A stretch of DNA of 25,769 nucleotides from a bacterium (GTDB taxonomy: Bacteria; Patescibacteriota; Minisyncoccia; Phycocordibacterales; UBA5272). Shown here one piece after another: positions 8,635-17,378 of the stretch. Every line of letters begins with the position of its first letter. The first letter of the stretch is position 1. Under the pieces are notes generated by a model. The model searched no databases, had not been told where the DNA came from, and worked only from the letters and a program-made list of their open reading frames with translations. The stretch lies in NCBI GenBank assembly GCA_043719155.1, contig JAYSUJ010000031.1, positions 1 to 25,769 on the forward strand, in the 5' to 3' direction. The position numbers and the translations under genes are program-made.

Positions 8635-11403
8635 ATGAAAAAAATAAATATTTTTAAGAATACCTTTTTAAGTTTTTTTGCCTTTGCTTTTGTTTTTTTG
8701 CTTTCAGGTATGAAAGTTTCTGCTGAAACTTATCCAGAGATTTGCCTGCAATTAAATAGAAGTTTGGGGTCTACGACTTATGGGGAAGATGTGCGCCGAT
8801 TGCAGGTTGTGCTTGGTCAAGAGGGTATCGCCTACCTAAATGTAACTGGCACAATGAACAGGGCTACTCAAAATGCGATAAAAGTCTTTCAGTTACGAAA
8901 TAGTATTCGTCAAACTGGCTTTGTCGGCCCACTCACCCTCAACAAGATGAAATATTTGTGGTGTAGTGGGGTAAATGATGGAGGAGTTTATTCTGGGCCA
9001 CAAGAGATATCTATAAATCCTGTCAATTCTTCTGGTAATAATATTACACTTGCTTGGACAACTAGAGGATCAACAAACTGTAGAATAAACGGTGAAATCG
9101 TAAACATCAATAGTTCAAAAGTTTATAGTGTTTACAGTGAGACAACTTTTGTACTTTCTTGTAACGACTTTCGAGGAAGGGTTATGGAAAAAAGTGTGAT
9201 TGTAAAACCAAATCAATCGTACGGTTCATTGCCAACAATAAATCTTACAATTTCACCCATGAATGTTCCTGTAGGACAAACAGCTACAATCTCCTGGAGT
9301 TCTCAAGGGGCAACATATTGTACTTCAAATATGAATACCGGTAATTTACAGACTAGTGGGTCAAACCAAGTCCTGGTCTCATCAAATGCTCAGCAATTTA
9401 CCTTCAATTGTTTTAACTCTGCGGGACAAAGTGTGAGTCAAACAGTTTCATCTAATGGGGCTACCAGAGGAGTAGAAACTCCTAATTTATTCTTGACGGC
9501 CAATAACTTAAATATTTCTGCAGGTCAGCCTACAACGCTAAACTGGGTTGGAACGTTCTTAAATCCAAACACTTGTGCAATATCTGGAGGCTCAGTAAAT
9601 AGCTCTAACCAACCCATTTCTGGCAACTTGCTTGTGTACCCAACTGTCACGACAACATATAACATTGGTTGTTTACTGCAAGCTTATGGCTATACTGGCG
9701 GGGCGATAAACAGAAGTGTGACAGTGACTGTGGGGTCAAATGCTAGCACAATGGTTCTAACCGCAAACCCAACCACTATTACATCGGGGCAGGCTTCCAC
9801 TTTAACGATTAGTGGTTCGGGTATATCGGCTTGCACTCTTTATTCTGGTTCAGCAGGTGCTGCTGCAACAGGTACAGCCTTTCCTGTAACAAATGGGTTG
9901 GGAAGTATCAATGTATACCCAGCGGCCACAACAAATTACACGGTTACTTGTACAGGTGGGAATGGGCAATTGATTTATGCGTATGCGACCGTAAATGTAA
10001 ATACTGTAAACAGTGGTGTTGTAAATGTCACCATAACTCCAAATAAAGTGACATATAGCGTTGGTGAGAATGTTGTACTTACTACAGTTGTTACCAATAA
10101 TAAAAATATAGTTGCAACTTTTATATATGATAACTGCGTTGGGAATGCTGGTACAGACTTTAATATGCGCATAAATGGTGTGCAAACAGCGGGCTATTTT
10201 ATGAATTCACCTTACGACTCTTACTCAAGAACCCAGTGCTATGTGCCAGCAGAACAAGTTACTTTACAACCAGGTCAAAGCAGAAACTTTGTAAAAACTC
10301 TAACAGTTTTAGCTTATGCAAATTCTAGGCTGTCAGCAGGTAACCACAATGTAACGATAAATATTCCAGAAATTTCGGTAAATGCGCAAACAAACTTTAC
10401 TGTAAATGTTGGAACAACTGGGGATATGGGGACAGTTACAATTAACCCAAATTCAAATTTGTCCGTTGGCAACTCTGTGAATGTGGCTTGGAGTTACCCA
10501 ATGCTTGCGGGTTGTACCGCAAATGGTTGCGCGCAACCAACAAACGCAGAAGGAGTGATCGTCGACCTAATTAATGCAAACGGAAATGTGGTCGGTACTC
10601 TTTTTAGAAAAGACTTAAGACAAAATTTTACTGCAATTGGGTCAATGAATTGGACTATACCTGCAACCATGCGTGACATAAGAAATGATGTTGCAAACGA
10701 TTATAGAACTGTGACTTCAGGCAATTACAGGTTGCGAGCAACTTTCTTTACACCAAGTAATGCTTGTTTTGGGGAGTGTCAGTATGTAAATGGTCAACAA
10801 GTTTTAAGTACTGTTTACACTACAAATTACTTTAACATAAATGCAACTGCTGTTGCTTCAGCGCCTCTAATAAATACTTTTTCAGGGTATAGATATCCTA
10901 TCAATAATAATTTAAGTGGAACTTGTGTTGTTGGGGTACTTAGTCCTTGTAACGGCTCGGCAGTTCTAAACTGGACAACCACAAATGTTAACTATTGTAC
11001 TCTTGCTGGGCCTAGTATAACCACACTTTCAGTTTCTGGAAATAGTGGGGTAAATGTGTCCCCGATATCTACTTCCAATTCAACTTACACACTGACTTGT
11101 TACAACAGTGCAGGCACTGCCGTATCTTCAATAGCGACCATAGATGCACCAGCGGCAAGCAGCATCTCACTTGTGTCGAGACAAAATGGATATGTGATAA
11201 TAAATTTAAGCACTTGTAGTGCTGGGAGGATAGATTGGGGTGATGGTACGGCTTTATTACAGTTTATGAACGAGGGAACAGGTTGTACATTTTATCATCA
11301 ATATACAGGTCAGTCTTTAGGTCAGCAGTTTTTGATTCGGTACATGGACATGTCCGGCAACATTCGCTCTACACTTAATGTTACTCCTTTCCCAGGTGTC
11401 TAA
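8635..11403 (+). CDS. large secreted surface protein: signal peptide, peptidoglycan-binding-like domain, multiple Ig-like Cys-containing repeats, C-terminal PKD-like (WGDGT) domain
   Basis: N-terminal hydrophobic signal; PG_binding_1-like segment (GEDVRRLQ...AIKVFQ...G.VGPLT); about six repeats of ~90 aa with conserved W...C...TY.L.C pattern; S/T/N-rich with many N-x-S/T sequons; IDWGDGT near the C-terminus. Confidence 0.7.
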   Translation: MKKINIFKNTFLSFFAFAFVFLLSGMKVSAETYPEICLQLNRSLGSTTYGEDVRRLQVVLGQEGIAYLNVTGTMNRATQNAIKVFQLRNSIRQTGFVGPLTLNKMKYLWCSGVNDGGVYSGPQEISINPVNSSGNNITLAWTTRGSTNCRINGEIVNINSSKVYSVYSETTFVLSCNDFRGRVMEKSVIVKPNQSYGSLPTINLTISPMNVPVGQTATISWSSQGATYCTSNMNTGNLQTSGSNQVLVSSNAQQFTFNCFNSAGQSVSQTVSSNGATRGVETPNLFLTANNLNISAGQPTTLNWVGTFLNPNTCAISGGSVNSSNQPISGNLLVYPTVTTTYNIGCLLQAYGYTGGAINRSVTVTVGSNASTMVLTANPTTITSGQASTLTISGSGISACTLYSGSAGAAATGTAFPVTNGLGSINVYPAATTNYTVTCTGGNGQLIYAYATVNVNTVNSGVVNVTITPNKVTYSVGENVVLTTVVTNNKNIVATFIYDNCVGNAGTDFNMRINGVQTAGYFMNSPYDSYSRTQCYVPAEQVTLQPGQSRNFVKTLTVLAYANSRLSAGNHNVTINIPEISVNAQTNFTVNVGTTGDMGTVTINPNSNLSVGNSVNVAWSYPMLAGCTANGCAQPTNAEGVIVDLINANGNVVGTLFRKDLRQNFTAIGSMNWTIPATMRDIRNDVANDYRTVTSGNYRLRATFFTPSNACFGECQYVNGQQVLSTVYTTNYFNINATAVASAPLINTFSGYRYPINNNLSGTCVVGVLSPCNGSAVLNWTTTNVNYCTLAGPSITTLSVSGNSGVNVSPISTSNSTYTLTCYNSAGTAVSSIATIDAPAASSISLVSRQNGYVIINLSTCSAGRIDWGDGTALLQFMNEGTGCTFYHQYTGQSLGQQFLIRYMDMSGNIRSTLNVTPFPGV

Positions 11404-11452
11404 CCTGTAAAGTTTTTTATCTTTCTGGAGTATACTGTCCATATAATTTGTT

Positions 11453-14245
11453 ATGTTAAATTTAAGTGAACTCAGAAAAGATTTTAAATCCAAAGAAGAA
11501 GAAATAGAGTATCTGCATGCTCTGATTTTGGAAAAAGAGCAAGAAAAAAATACTGAAAAAAAAGATGCAGGATCTGGGATTTTAATCAGAGAAGACAAAC
11601 AAGACAAAGCACATCAGATAGGTGAGATACTTCATAAGTATAAGGGTGAAAAAACAGAAGACATTTTAAATAAAAACTTTGTCTTAAATGAGGAGCATGT
11701 GACAACCCTGTCTTTAGGGCTGCAGCCAGAGGACCATGACGATAAGCTGCAAAAATTGATAGACATTTTTTTAACGGAGGGTGTAAAAAACTCTTTTTTG
11801 GTATTAGAGAAAATTGGTGATGCTCATTTAGAAGATGATTTCCATAGATTTCTAGTACAATATCTTTTGAAAACCCAAACTGAACATGCAAAAAAAAGAC
11901 TAAGCAGCTACAGGGAAACAGCCAAAGCTTTGGGGACATCGCTTTTTCAGGTTATTTTACCAACTGAAAAAGAAAATCAGCAAACGCCTGGAAACCAGCC
12001 ACCAGACCCAAAGAACATCATTGCTTTAATGGAGCGTTTTTACATAGGTATGATGTCCATTTCCGATCCGACCAACATGGAGAAAAATAAAAATTATTTT
12101 ACTTTGGAAATTGCTAAGCCACAAAACTCTAACCAAATAAAGTTTTTTGTGTCTGTTCCAAACGACTTCAAAGACCTGTTTCAAAAACAGGTTTTAGCCC
12201 TCTATCCTTCGGCTAAAATAGAGTTGCAACCAGACGATTACAATGTTTTTTCAGCAGAAGGTTTTTCAGTAGGAGCCTATGCTGAAAGTGGGAAGATCCC
12301 AGCTTTGCCTATCAAAACTTATAAAGATTTTGCAGGTGACTCTATTTCGGTTGTGTTGTCGGTCCTGTCGCAACTTCAAGACAATGACGAGGGGGCTGCG
12401 ATACAAATAGTGATACGTCCTGCTGGAGAAAAATTTATAAAAGAATATGGAAAGCTGTTGGACAAAATGCGTAGAGGAAAAACCTTGAAAAATGTTTTGG
12501 CTGACAGGACTGTAATGGGTTCGATAGGGTATGAAATCAAGCAAATGTTTAAAGGTGAGACACAGTTGGAAAAAGAAAAAACTAACAAATCCCATGAAGA
12601 TGAAGATGCGATAAAACTTCTGTCAGAAAAATTAAACTCAACAATTTTTAATACAAATATCAGACTCGTTGCTTCTTCAAAATCTCCAATTCGCAGTTCG
12701 CAAATTTTGCATGAAGTTTCTTCTTCTTTTAGGCAATATACGGAAAGCAAGGGCAATAGTATTATCTTTAAAGACATAAAAGCCAGAAGCTCGGCCCAGT
12801 TTTTCAAACATTACTCCTATCGCTATTTTGACGATTCAGAAAGCTTCCCCCTCAACGCTGCAGAGCTCGCCACTATTTATCACTTTCCAAAAGGTGTATC
12901 AGACCGAGATTTTTCAGAGCTCAATCAATATGCTGCAGCCCAAGCTCCGGCCCCTCTAGACTTACCGAAAACAGGTATTTTCCTTGGAAAAAATAATTAT
13001 CGCCACCTTTCTACGCCGATACATTTTGAGCCAGACTCACGGGTTCGACATATGTATGTTATAGGACAAACGGGTACTGGTAAGTCTTATTTCTTGATGA
13101 ATAATATCATTCAGGATATTAAAAATGGTGAAGGACTTTGTTTTATAGATCCTCATGGGGCAGACTTGCAAACCATTATGTCACTCATTCCAAAAGAAAG
13201 AATTGATGACGTGATTTATTTTGACCCAGGAGATCTGTCACGGCCTATGGGACTAAACATGCTCGAGTATGACATTACTCATCCAGAGCAAAAAACTTTA
13301 ATTGTAAATGAGCTGCTATTAATTTTCAACAAACTTTTTGATATGAAAACAGCCGGAGGTCCAGCCTTTGAACAGTACTTTCGTAACTCAGCACTTTTGG
13401 TAATGGAGCACCCTGAAAGTGGTTGTACTATGCTTGAAATTTCTCGTGTACTTGCCAACTCAGAGTTTAGGCATATGAAACTGCAGCATTGTAAAAATCC
13501 GATGGTTAAACAATTTTTCGAAACAGCAGAGGCGACAAGTGGTGAACAAGGTTTTGAAAACTATGTTCCTTACGTTACAAATAAATTTGATAACTTTTTA
13601 AGTAATGAATTTATGCGACCTATTATAACCCAAGAAAAATCGGCTTTTGATTTTAAAGACATCATGGCCAATAAAAAAATCTTACTTGTCAATTTATCTA
13701 AAGGAAAGTTGGGCGAGCTTGGTTCGCAACTTATAGGTTTGATAATTGTAGGGAAGATTTTGGTTTCAGCTTTTGCACGTGACCCTCATGAAAACCCGCC
13801 GCCTTTTTATTTGTATTTAGACGAGTTTCAAAATGTTGCAACTGATTCTATAAAATCAATCTTGTCTGAAGCACGTAAGTACAAACTTGGTTTAACTTTG
13901 GCCCATCAATACATAGAGCAAATTCCCAAAGATATAAAAGATGCTATTTTTGGAAACGTGGGCAGTAAAGCAATTTTTAGAATAAACATGGAAGATGCAA
14001 AGTTTATCGAAACCAGTTTTTCACCAACCTTTACAGCTAAAGATATTATAGGTCAAGAAAGAGGGAATTGTTATTTGAGTTTGTTGGCCAACAACAAGCC
14101 ACAAAAGCCTTTTAATTTACAAGTACCGCGTTTACCAGACGGTAACGAAGAGATAAAACAGGTAATTATTGAACTCTCAGCTTTGAAATACGGAACCCCG
14201 AGGGAGGAAGTAGAGGAAATGATAATGAAAAAATTTAATATTTAA
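11453..14245 (+). CDS. FtsK-HerA superfamily P-loop ATPase, VirB4/VirD4(TraG)-like conjugation or type IV secretion ATPase with ~500-aa N-terminal domain
   Basis: Walker A GQTGTGKS; Walker B hhhhDEFQ (FYLYLDEFQN) followed by ...ARKYKLGLTLAHQ... (Arg finger/Q motif characteristic of TraG/VirB4/HerA); no N-terminal TM segment. Confidence 0.65.
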   Translation: MLNLSELRKDFKSKEEEIEYLHALILEKEQEKNTEKKDAGSGILIREDKQDKAHQIGEILHKYKGEKTEDILNKNFVLNEEHVTTLSLGLQPEDHDDKLQKLIDIFLTEGVKNSFLVLEKIGDAHLEDDFHRFLVQYLLKTQTEHAKKRLSSYRETAKALGTSLFQVILPTEKENQQTPGNQPPDPKNIIALMERFYIGMMSISDPTNMEKNKNYFTLEIAKPQNSNQIKFFVSVPNDFKDLFQKQVLALYPSAKIELQPDDYNVFSAEGFSVGAYAESGKIPALPIKTYKDFAGDSISVVLSVLSQLQDNDEGAAIQIVIRPAGEKFIKEYGKLLDKMRRGKTLKNVLADRTVMGSIGYEIKQMFKGETQLEKEKTNKSHEDEDAIKLLSEKLNSTIFNTNIRLVASSKSPIRSSQILHEVSSSFRQYTESKGNSIIFKDIKARSSAQFFKHYSYRYFDDSESFPLNAAELATIYHFPKGVSDRDFSELNQYAAAQAPAPLDLPKTGIFLGKNNYRHLSTPIHFEPDSRVRHMYVIGQTGTGKSYFLMNNIIQDIKNGEGLCFIDPHGADLQTIMSLIPKERIDDVIYFDPGDLSRPMGLNMLEYDITHPEQKTLIVNELLLIFNKLFDMKTAGGPAFEQYFRNSALLVMEHPESGCTMLEISRVLANSEFRHMKLQHCKNPMVKQFFETAEATSGEQGFENYVPYVTNKFDNFLSNEFMRPIITQEKSAFDFKDIMANKKILLVNLSKGKLGELGSQLIGLIIVGKILVSAFARDPHENPPPFYLYLDEFQNVATDSIKSILSEARKYKLGLTLAHQYIEQIPKDIKDAIFGNVGSKAIFRINMEDAKFIETSFSPTFTAKDIIGQERGNCYLSLLANNKPQKPFNLQVPRLPDGNEEIKQVIIELSALKYGTPREEVEEMIMKKFNI

Positions 14246-14248
14246 AAA

Positions 14249-15370
14249 TTATTTAATTTCACTAAATTTAGGCTTAGAGACGGTGCTTGTACTCTTTTCT
14301 GGAGTGTAGGTTAAAATTGGGTATTCCAGCTCTTTAAGTTCAGGTATTTTTTCAAAATAATATTTGAGCTTGTACTCAATAATCTCTAGGGGGAGGTTTA
14401 AGATTTGCATGAGAGGAAAGTGCACAGCACCGTAAAAAGATAAAACTTTTCTGTCTTTAAATTTATCTGGATTTTTCCTTATCTCTAGTAATAAATTTCT
14501 AGCCACAATAAATTCTCTAAAGTTGGCAAAAGAAAGTTCAACTAAGGTTTTTCCAAAAGTGGTTTGCTGCAGTTTTTCTGGTACTATATCGGCGTAACGT
14601 AAACGTCCCTCCAGGTTGTCTCTCGGCAAAAGCATTAAAAGTGAGATTGTGCTGGACAGAGCCGTGAAAGTGTCGACTTCGACTGCTGTGTCGACTGCTT
14701 TATCTCCACCCATAGCCCGGATAGTTTCTGCTGTCACAGCTGAAATAGTTACTGGGATAGCTGTTGCAGAACTTATTGCGCTAGTCGTTTCAAATAAAGT
14801 CGCAAACCTTTCATCCCAATATCTATTTCCTTTTTTTCCCATACTAAAATTATCTGGGTCGCTGCAAATGACTTTTTTATTGTGTAAAAAAGCTAAAAGC
14901 TTTAAACAGTTAAAGTATTCTCTTGCATCATGTGGTCCTTGTTTTGCAAGCCAGGTCATTATTTCCTTTTTTCCTTGCGGCAGTTTAAGAGAAAAGAGTT
15001 TTAAATATTCCGGGTCCAAGTCGGAAGAATTTTCATTGGAAAAATATTCAATTAGGACAATGTCCGAGTTTTTAATGGAATTTGATATCTCCTCAAAGCT
15101 ATGAGAAGCTTGGGGAGGATAGTGTTCTACCCCGATAAATTTTAAAGTGGTGTTTGGAGAATTAGGGATTTGCAAAGAGCTATACTCTTTGAAAAATTTA
15201 GGTGACTCTTTGTCTTCTGGTGACTCTGAACCTTGTCTATCCTTTATATTTAGCAAAGTTTTACCTGCAACCAGAGCAGCTGCTGCTCGAGCTGCCCACT
15301 TTATACCGTTCTCGATAATTCTTCGCCTGCTTGGTTGGGACTTTTCGTTTTTTAGTTTTTCTGGAGACAT
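14249..15370 (-). CDS. hypothetical protein, possible TraB/GumN (Tiki-like) family
   Basis: N-terminal FIGVEH...VLIEY and C-terminal FYGAVHFP resemble the GxxH...E...GAxH signature of the TraB/Tiki superfamily; Ala-rich hydrophobic N-terminus after an RRR motif. Confidence 0.4.
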   Translation of the reverse strand: MSPEKLKNEKSQPSRRRIIENGIKWAARAAAALVAGKTLLNIKDRQGSESPEDKESPKFFKEYSSLQIPNSPNTTLKFIGVEHYPPQASHSFEEISNSIKNSDIVLIEYFSNENSSDLDPEYLKLFSLKLPQGKKEIMTWLAKQGPHDAREYFNCLKLLAFLHNKKVICSDPDNFSMGKKGNRYWDERFATLFETTSAISSATAIPVTISAVTAETIRAMGGDKAVDTAVEVDTFTALSSTISLLMLLPRDNLEGRLRYADIVPEKLQQTTFGKTLVELSFANFREFIVARNLLLEIRKNPDKFKDRKVLSFYGAVHFPLMQILNLPLEIIEYKLKYYFEKIPELKELEYPILTYTPEKSTSTVSKPKFSEIK

Positions 15371-15379
15371 GTGTTTGTA

Positions 15380-15406
15380 TTGTCAAAGTCTACCTTACTT
15401 TGACAA
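15380..15406. promoter_or_regulatory. 10-bp perfect palindrome TTGTCAAAGT-7nt-ACTTTGACAA in divergent intergenic region; right half provides TTGACA followed by TATACT(15421-15426)
   Basis: seen directly; candidate operator plus promoter for the SIMPL gene. Confidence 0.45.
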
Positions 15407-15449
15407 AAAAATAAATACGGTATACTGTATTTAGTAATTAAATAAATAT

Positions 15450-16274
15450 ATGAACAATTCAAACAACATAACGATTTTACAAAAAGCTGGAGTATTTGCC
15501 TTGGCAACACTTGGTATTTTAGCCTTGGCTGCAACTTGGTTTATGTACAAAACTTTTTCACATCAAGACACTCGTACTTTTACGGTACAAGGTAAAGGTG
15601 AGGTAGAGGTAAAGGCAACAAAGGCAACTGTGTCAGCTGAAATATTTGCAGAAAGTAAAGACACAAAAGACGGTGGGGACGCGGCTCTAAAACTTACAGA
15701 GACGTCTACTAAAATTTTTGCTGAACTTGAAAAAGCTGGTGTAAAAAAAGAAGATATAAAAACTCAAAATGTTTCCACCAATCCAAAATATGACTATTGT
15801 TATAATTATGTTAACAATAGATACGCCTTACCAGAATATTGCAAGAAAGATCCTAACGACCAGAAAGTAATAGGCTACACTTCAACTCAAAGTATCACTG
15901 TAAAGATAACCGACAATAAATCATTGGTAGAAAAAGTACTGGGACTTTTACCACAACTAGGTGCTAGAAATACTAACGGTCCCGCTTGGGAAGTGGACAA
16001 TAAAAAAGCTGTACAAGAGGCAAGAGAAAAAGCTGTAGCGGAGGCCAAAGAAAAAGCCACGAGTATAGCTAAAAGCTTGGGTATGAGCCTCGGGGAAGTG
16101 CAATACTATGCTGAAAACCAAGGTGGTGGAGGTGGTCCAATGCCATTCATGATGAAGGGTTTAACTTCGGCCAGAGCCGAAATGGCCCCAGCTCTTATGG
16201 ATATATCTGTGCCAGTTTCTGAGGGAACAGATAAGGTGACTGTAAATGTAGACATTACTTACGAGTTGAGATAG
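15450..16274 (+). CDS. SIMPL domain protein (DUF541, BP26/OMP28-like periplasmic protein)
   Basis: N-terminal TM anchor then TVQGKGEV...PD.A pattern and overall SIMPL-like organisation; Gly-rich segment near the C-terminus. Confidence 0.65.
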   Translation: MNNSNNITILQKAGVFALATLGILALAATWFMYKTFSHQDTRTFTVQGKGEVEVKATKATVSAEIFAESKDTKDGGDAALKLTETSTKIFAELEKAGVKKEDIKTQNVSTNPKYDYCYNYVNNRYALPEYCKKDPNDQKVIGYTSTQSITVKITDNKSLVEKVLGLLPQLGARNTNGPAWEVDNKKAVQEAREKAVAEAKEKATSIAKSLGMSLGEVQYYAENQGGGGGPMPFMMKGLTSARAEMAPALMDISVPVSEGTDKVTVNVDITYELR

Positions 16275-16434
16275 TTCTAAATTCGTGTTATAATACATCT
16301 TGTAAACCAAAGAAAGGGTAGTGTGAAATAAATTTAGAGATAAAAATATTTTACTTAATGTCTCCCTGACGGTATCTAAAGAATATTTATATACACTTTG
16401 TGTTTATTTGTCCGATTAAAATTAAAAATTAAAC

Positions 16435-16920
16435 ATGCCAATTACAAAAGCAAAAAAAGGTGAAATCCTAAAACAATTGAACACTATTGTAGACTCTTCA
16501 AAGTCTATAGTATTTCTTTCTTTGAAAGGGATAACCGCCAATGATACTGTTGTGATGCGTAAGAAGTTAACTTCTGAAAAAGTAGGTTTAAAAGTTGCTA
16601 AAAAAACTTTATTCAAAAAAGTTGTTGCTGATAAAAACATCAGTGGAACTATGCCTGAATTTGGTCAAGAAACAGCTTTTGCTTATGGAGAAGATTTGTT
16701 GGCCCCAGCTCGTGAAATGTTGAGTTTCACCAAAATGCATAAGGGGTTAATAAGTATAGTGGGTGGTATATTTGACGGAGCCTACAAGTCAAAAGAAGAA
16801 ATGATGCAAATAGCAACTATTCCTTCTAGAGAAGTGTTGATCTCTCAAATTGCTTACTTGCTAAAATCTCCTATCCAGAGTTTAGCTATTGCTGTGTCAG
16901 AGGTTTCTAAAACAAAATAA
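16435..16920 (+). CDS. rplJ: 50S ribosomal protein L10
   Basis: 161 aa L10-like sequence; partner rplL lies downstream. Confidence 0.85.
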   Translation: MPITKAKKGEILKQLNTIVDSSKSIVFLSLKGITANDTVVMRKKLTSEKVGLKVAKKTLFKKVVADKNISGTMPEFGQETAFAYGEDLLAPAREMLSFTKMHKGLISIVGGIFDGAYKSKEEMMQIATIPSREVLISQIAYLLKSPIQSLAIAVSEVSKTK

Positions 16921-16935
16921 TTTTTTTAAAATTAT

Positions 16936-16964
16936 TTGCACATTAACAAAAAAATATTGAGTAT
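16936..16964 (+). promoter_or_regulatory. promoter-like box TTGCAC-17nt-GAGTAT (copy of 740-768)
   Basis: 35-nt near-identity with 740-776. Confidence 0.45.
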
Positions 16965-17014
16965 CACGTTTTACAAAAAATTAGTTGAGATAGCTTGTTA
17001 ACAGGAGGAAGAAG

Positions 17015-17275
17015 ATGGTAAGTGAAAACGAAAAGAAGCCAGACTTTCTAGTTGTTCTCCGTTCAAAAAAAACAGGAGAACATCTTGTGGGTGAATTTTA
17101 TAAACTTCCCCCAGGTGAAATTGGCTGCGAAGAGCCTGTACTATGGCAATTGCTAGCATTCCTGAAAGGCTTCTTGGAGGAGAGAAATAAAAAGATGCTG
17201 ACGCACCCTGAGGGTGTTGGAGATCTAGAGCTCCTGGGTTTGTACAGCAAATTCGACGATCTTGAAAACTATTGA
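17015..17275 (+). CDS. small hypothetical protein (86 aa), GC-richer than neighbours
   Basis: strong AGGAGG RBS 8 nt upstream; inserted in the normally tight rplJ-rplL junction; no similarity to the other two cassette ORFs. Confidence 0.5.
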   Translation: MVSENEKKPDFLVVLRSKKTGEHLVGEFYKLPPGEIGCEEPVLWQLLAFLKGFLEERNKKMLTHPEGVGDLELLGLYSKFDDLENY

Positions 17276-17281
17276 CAAGTA

Positions 17282-17316
17282 GCTACACGCATAGTTTCTG
17301 AAACTTTGCGTGTAGC
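17282..17316 (+). other. 10-bp perfect stem-loop (GCTACACGCA / TGCGTGTAGC) after small ORF, T-rich tract downstream
   Basis: seen directly. Confidence 0.65.
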
Positions 17317-17378
17317 ATCTATCTTAATTTGTTTTTTGTAAAACGTGGTACTTGATATTAAATTAAAATAAAATTAAT

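Larger units (their letters stand above)
16960..17352 (+). other. IR-bounded small-ORF cassette 3 (between rplJ and rplL)
   Basis: left arm AGTATCACGTTTTAC(16960-16974) is complementary to right arm GTAAAACGTGGTACT(17338-17352) with one T/C (G·U-compatible) difference; the A->G / T->C change relative to cassettes 1 and 2 is compensatory; encloses ORF 17015-17275 and hairpin 17282-17316. Confidence 0.6.

Noticed and set aside
8635-11403. Internal repeats of the 922-aa protein considered as a possible CRISPR or tandem DNA repeat
   Set aside because: The repeats are at protein level (~90-aa Ig-like domains) with diverged nucleotide sequence. No short direct repeats or spacers are present anywhere in the window.
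14249-15370. Tat signal peptide on the TraB-like protein (SRRRIIENG...AAAALVAG)
   Set aside because: The RRR motif lacks the F/L-K consensus context (S/T-RRxFLK). It was left as an unconfirmed N-terminal hydrophobic segment.
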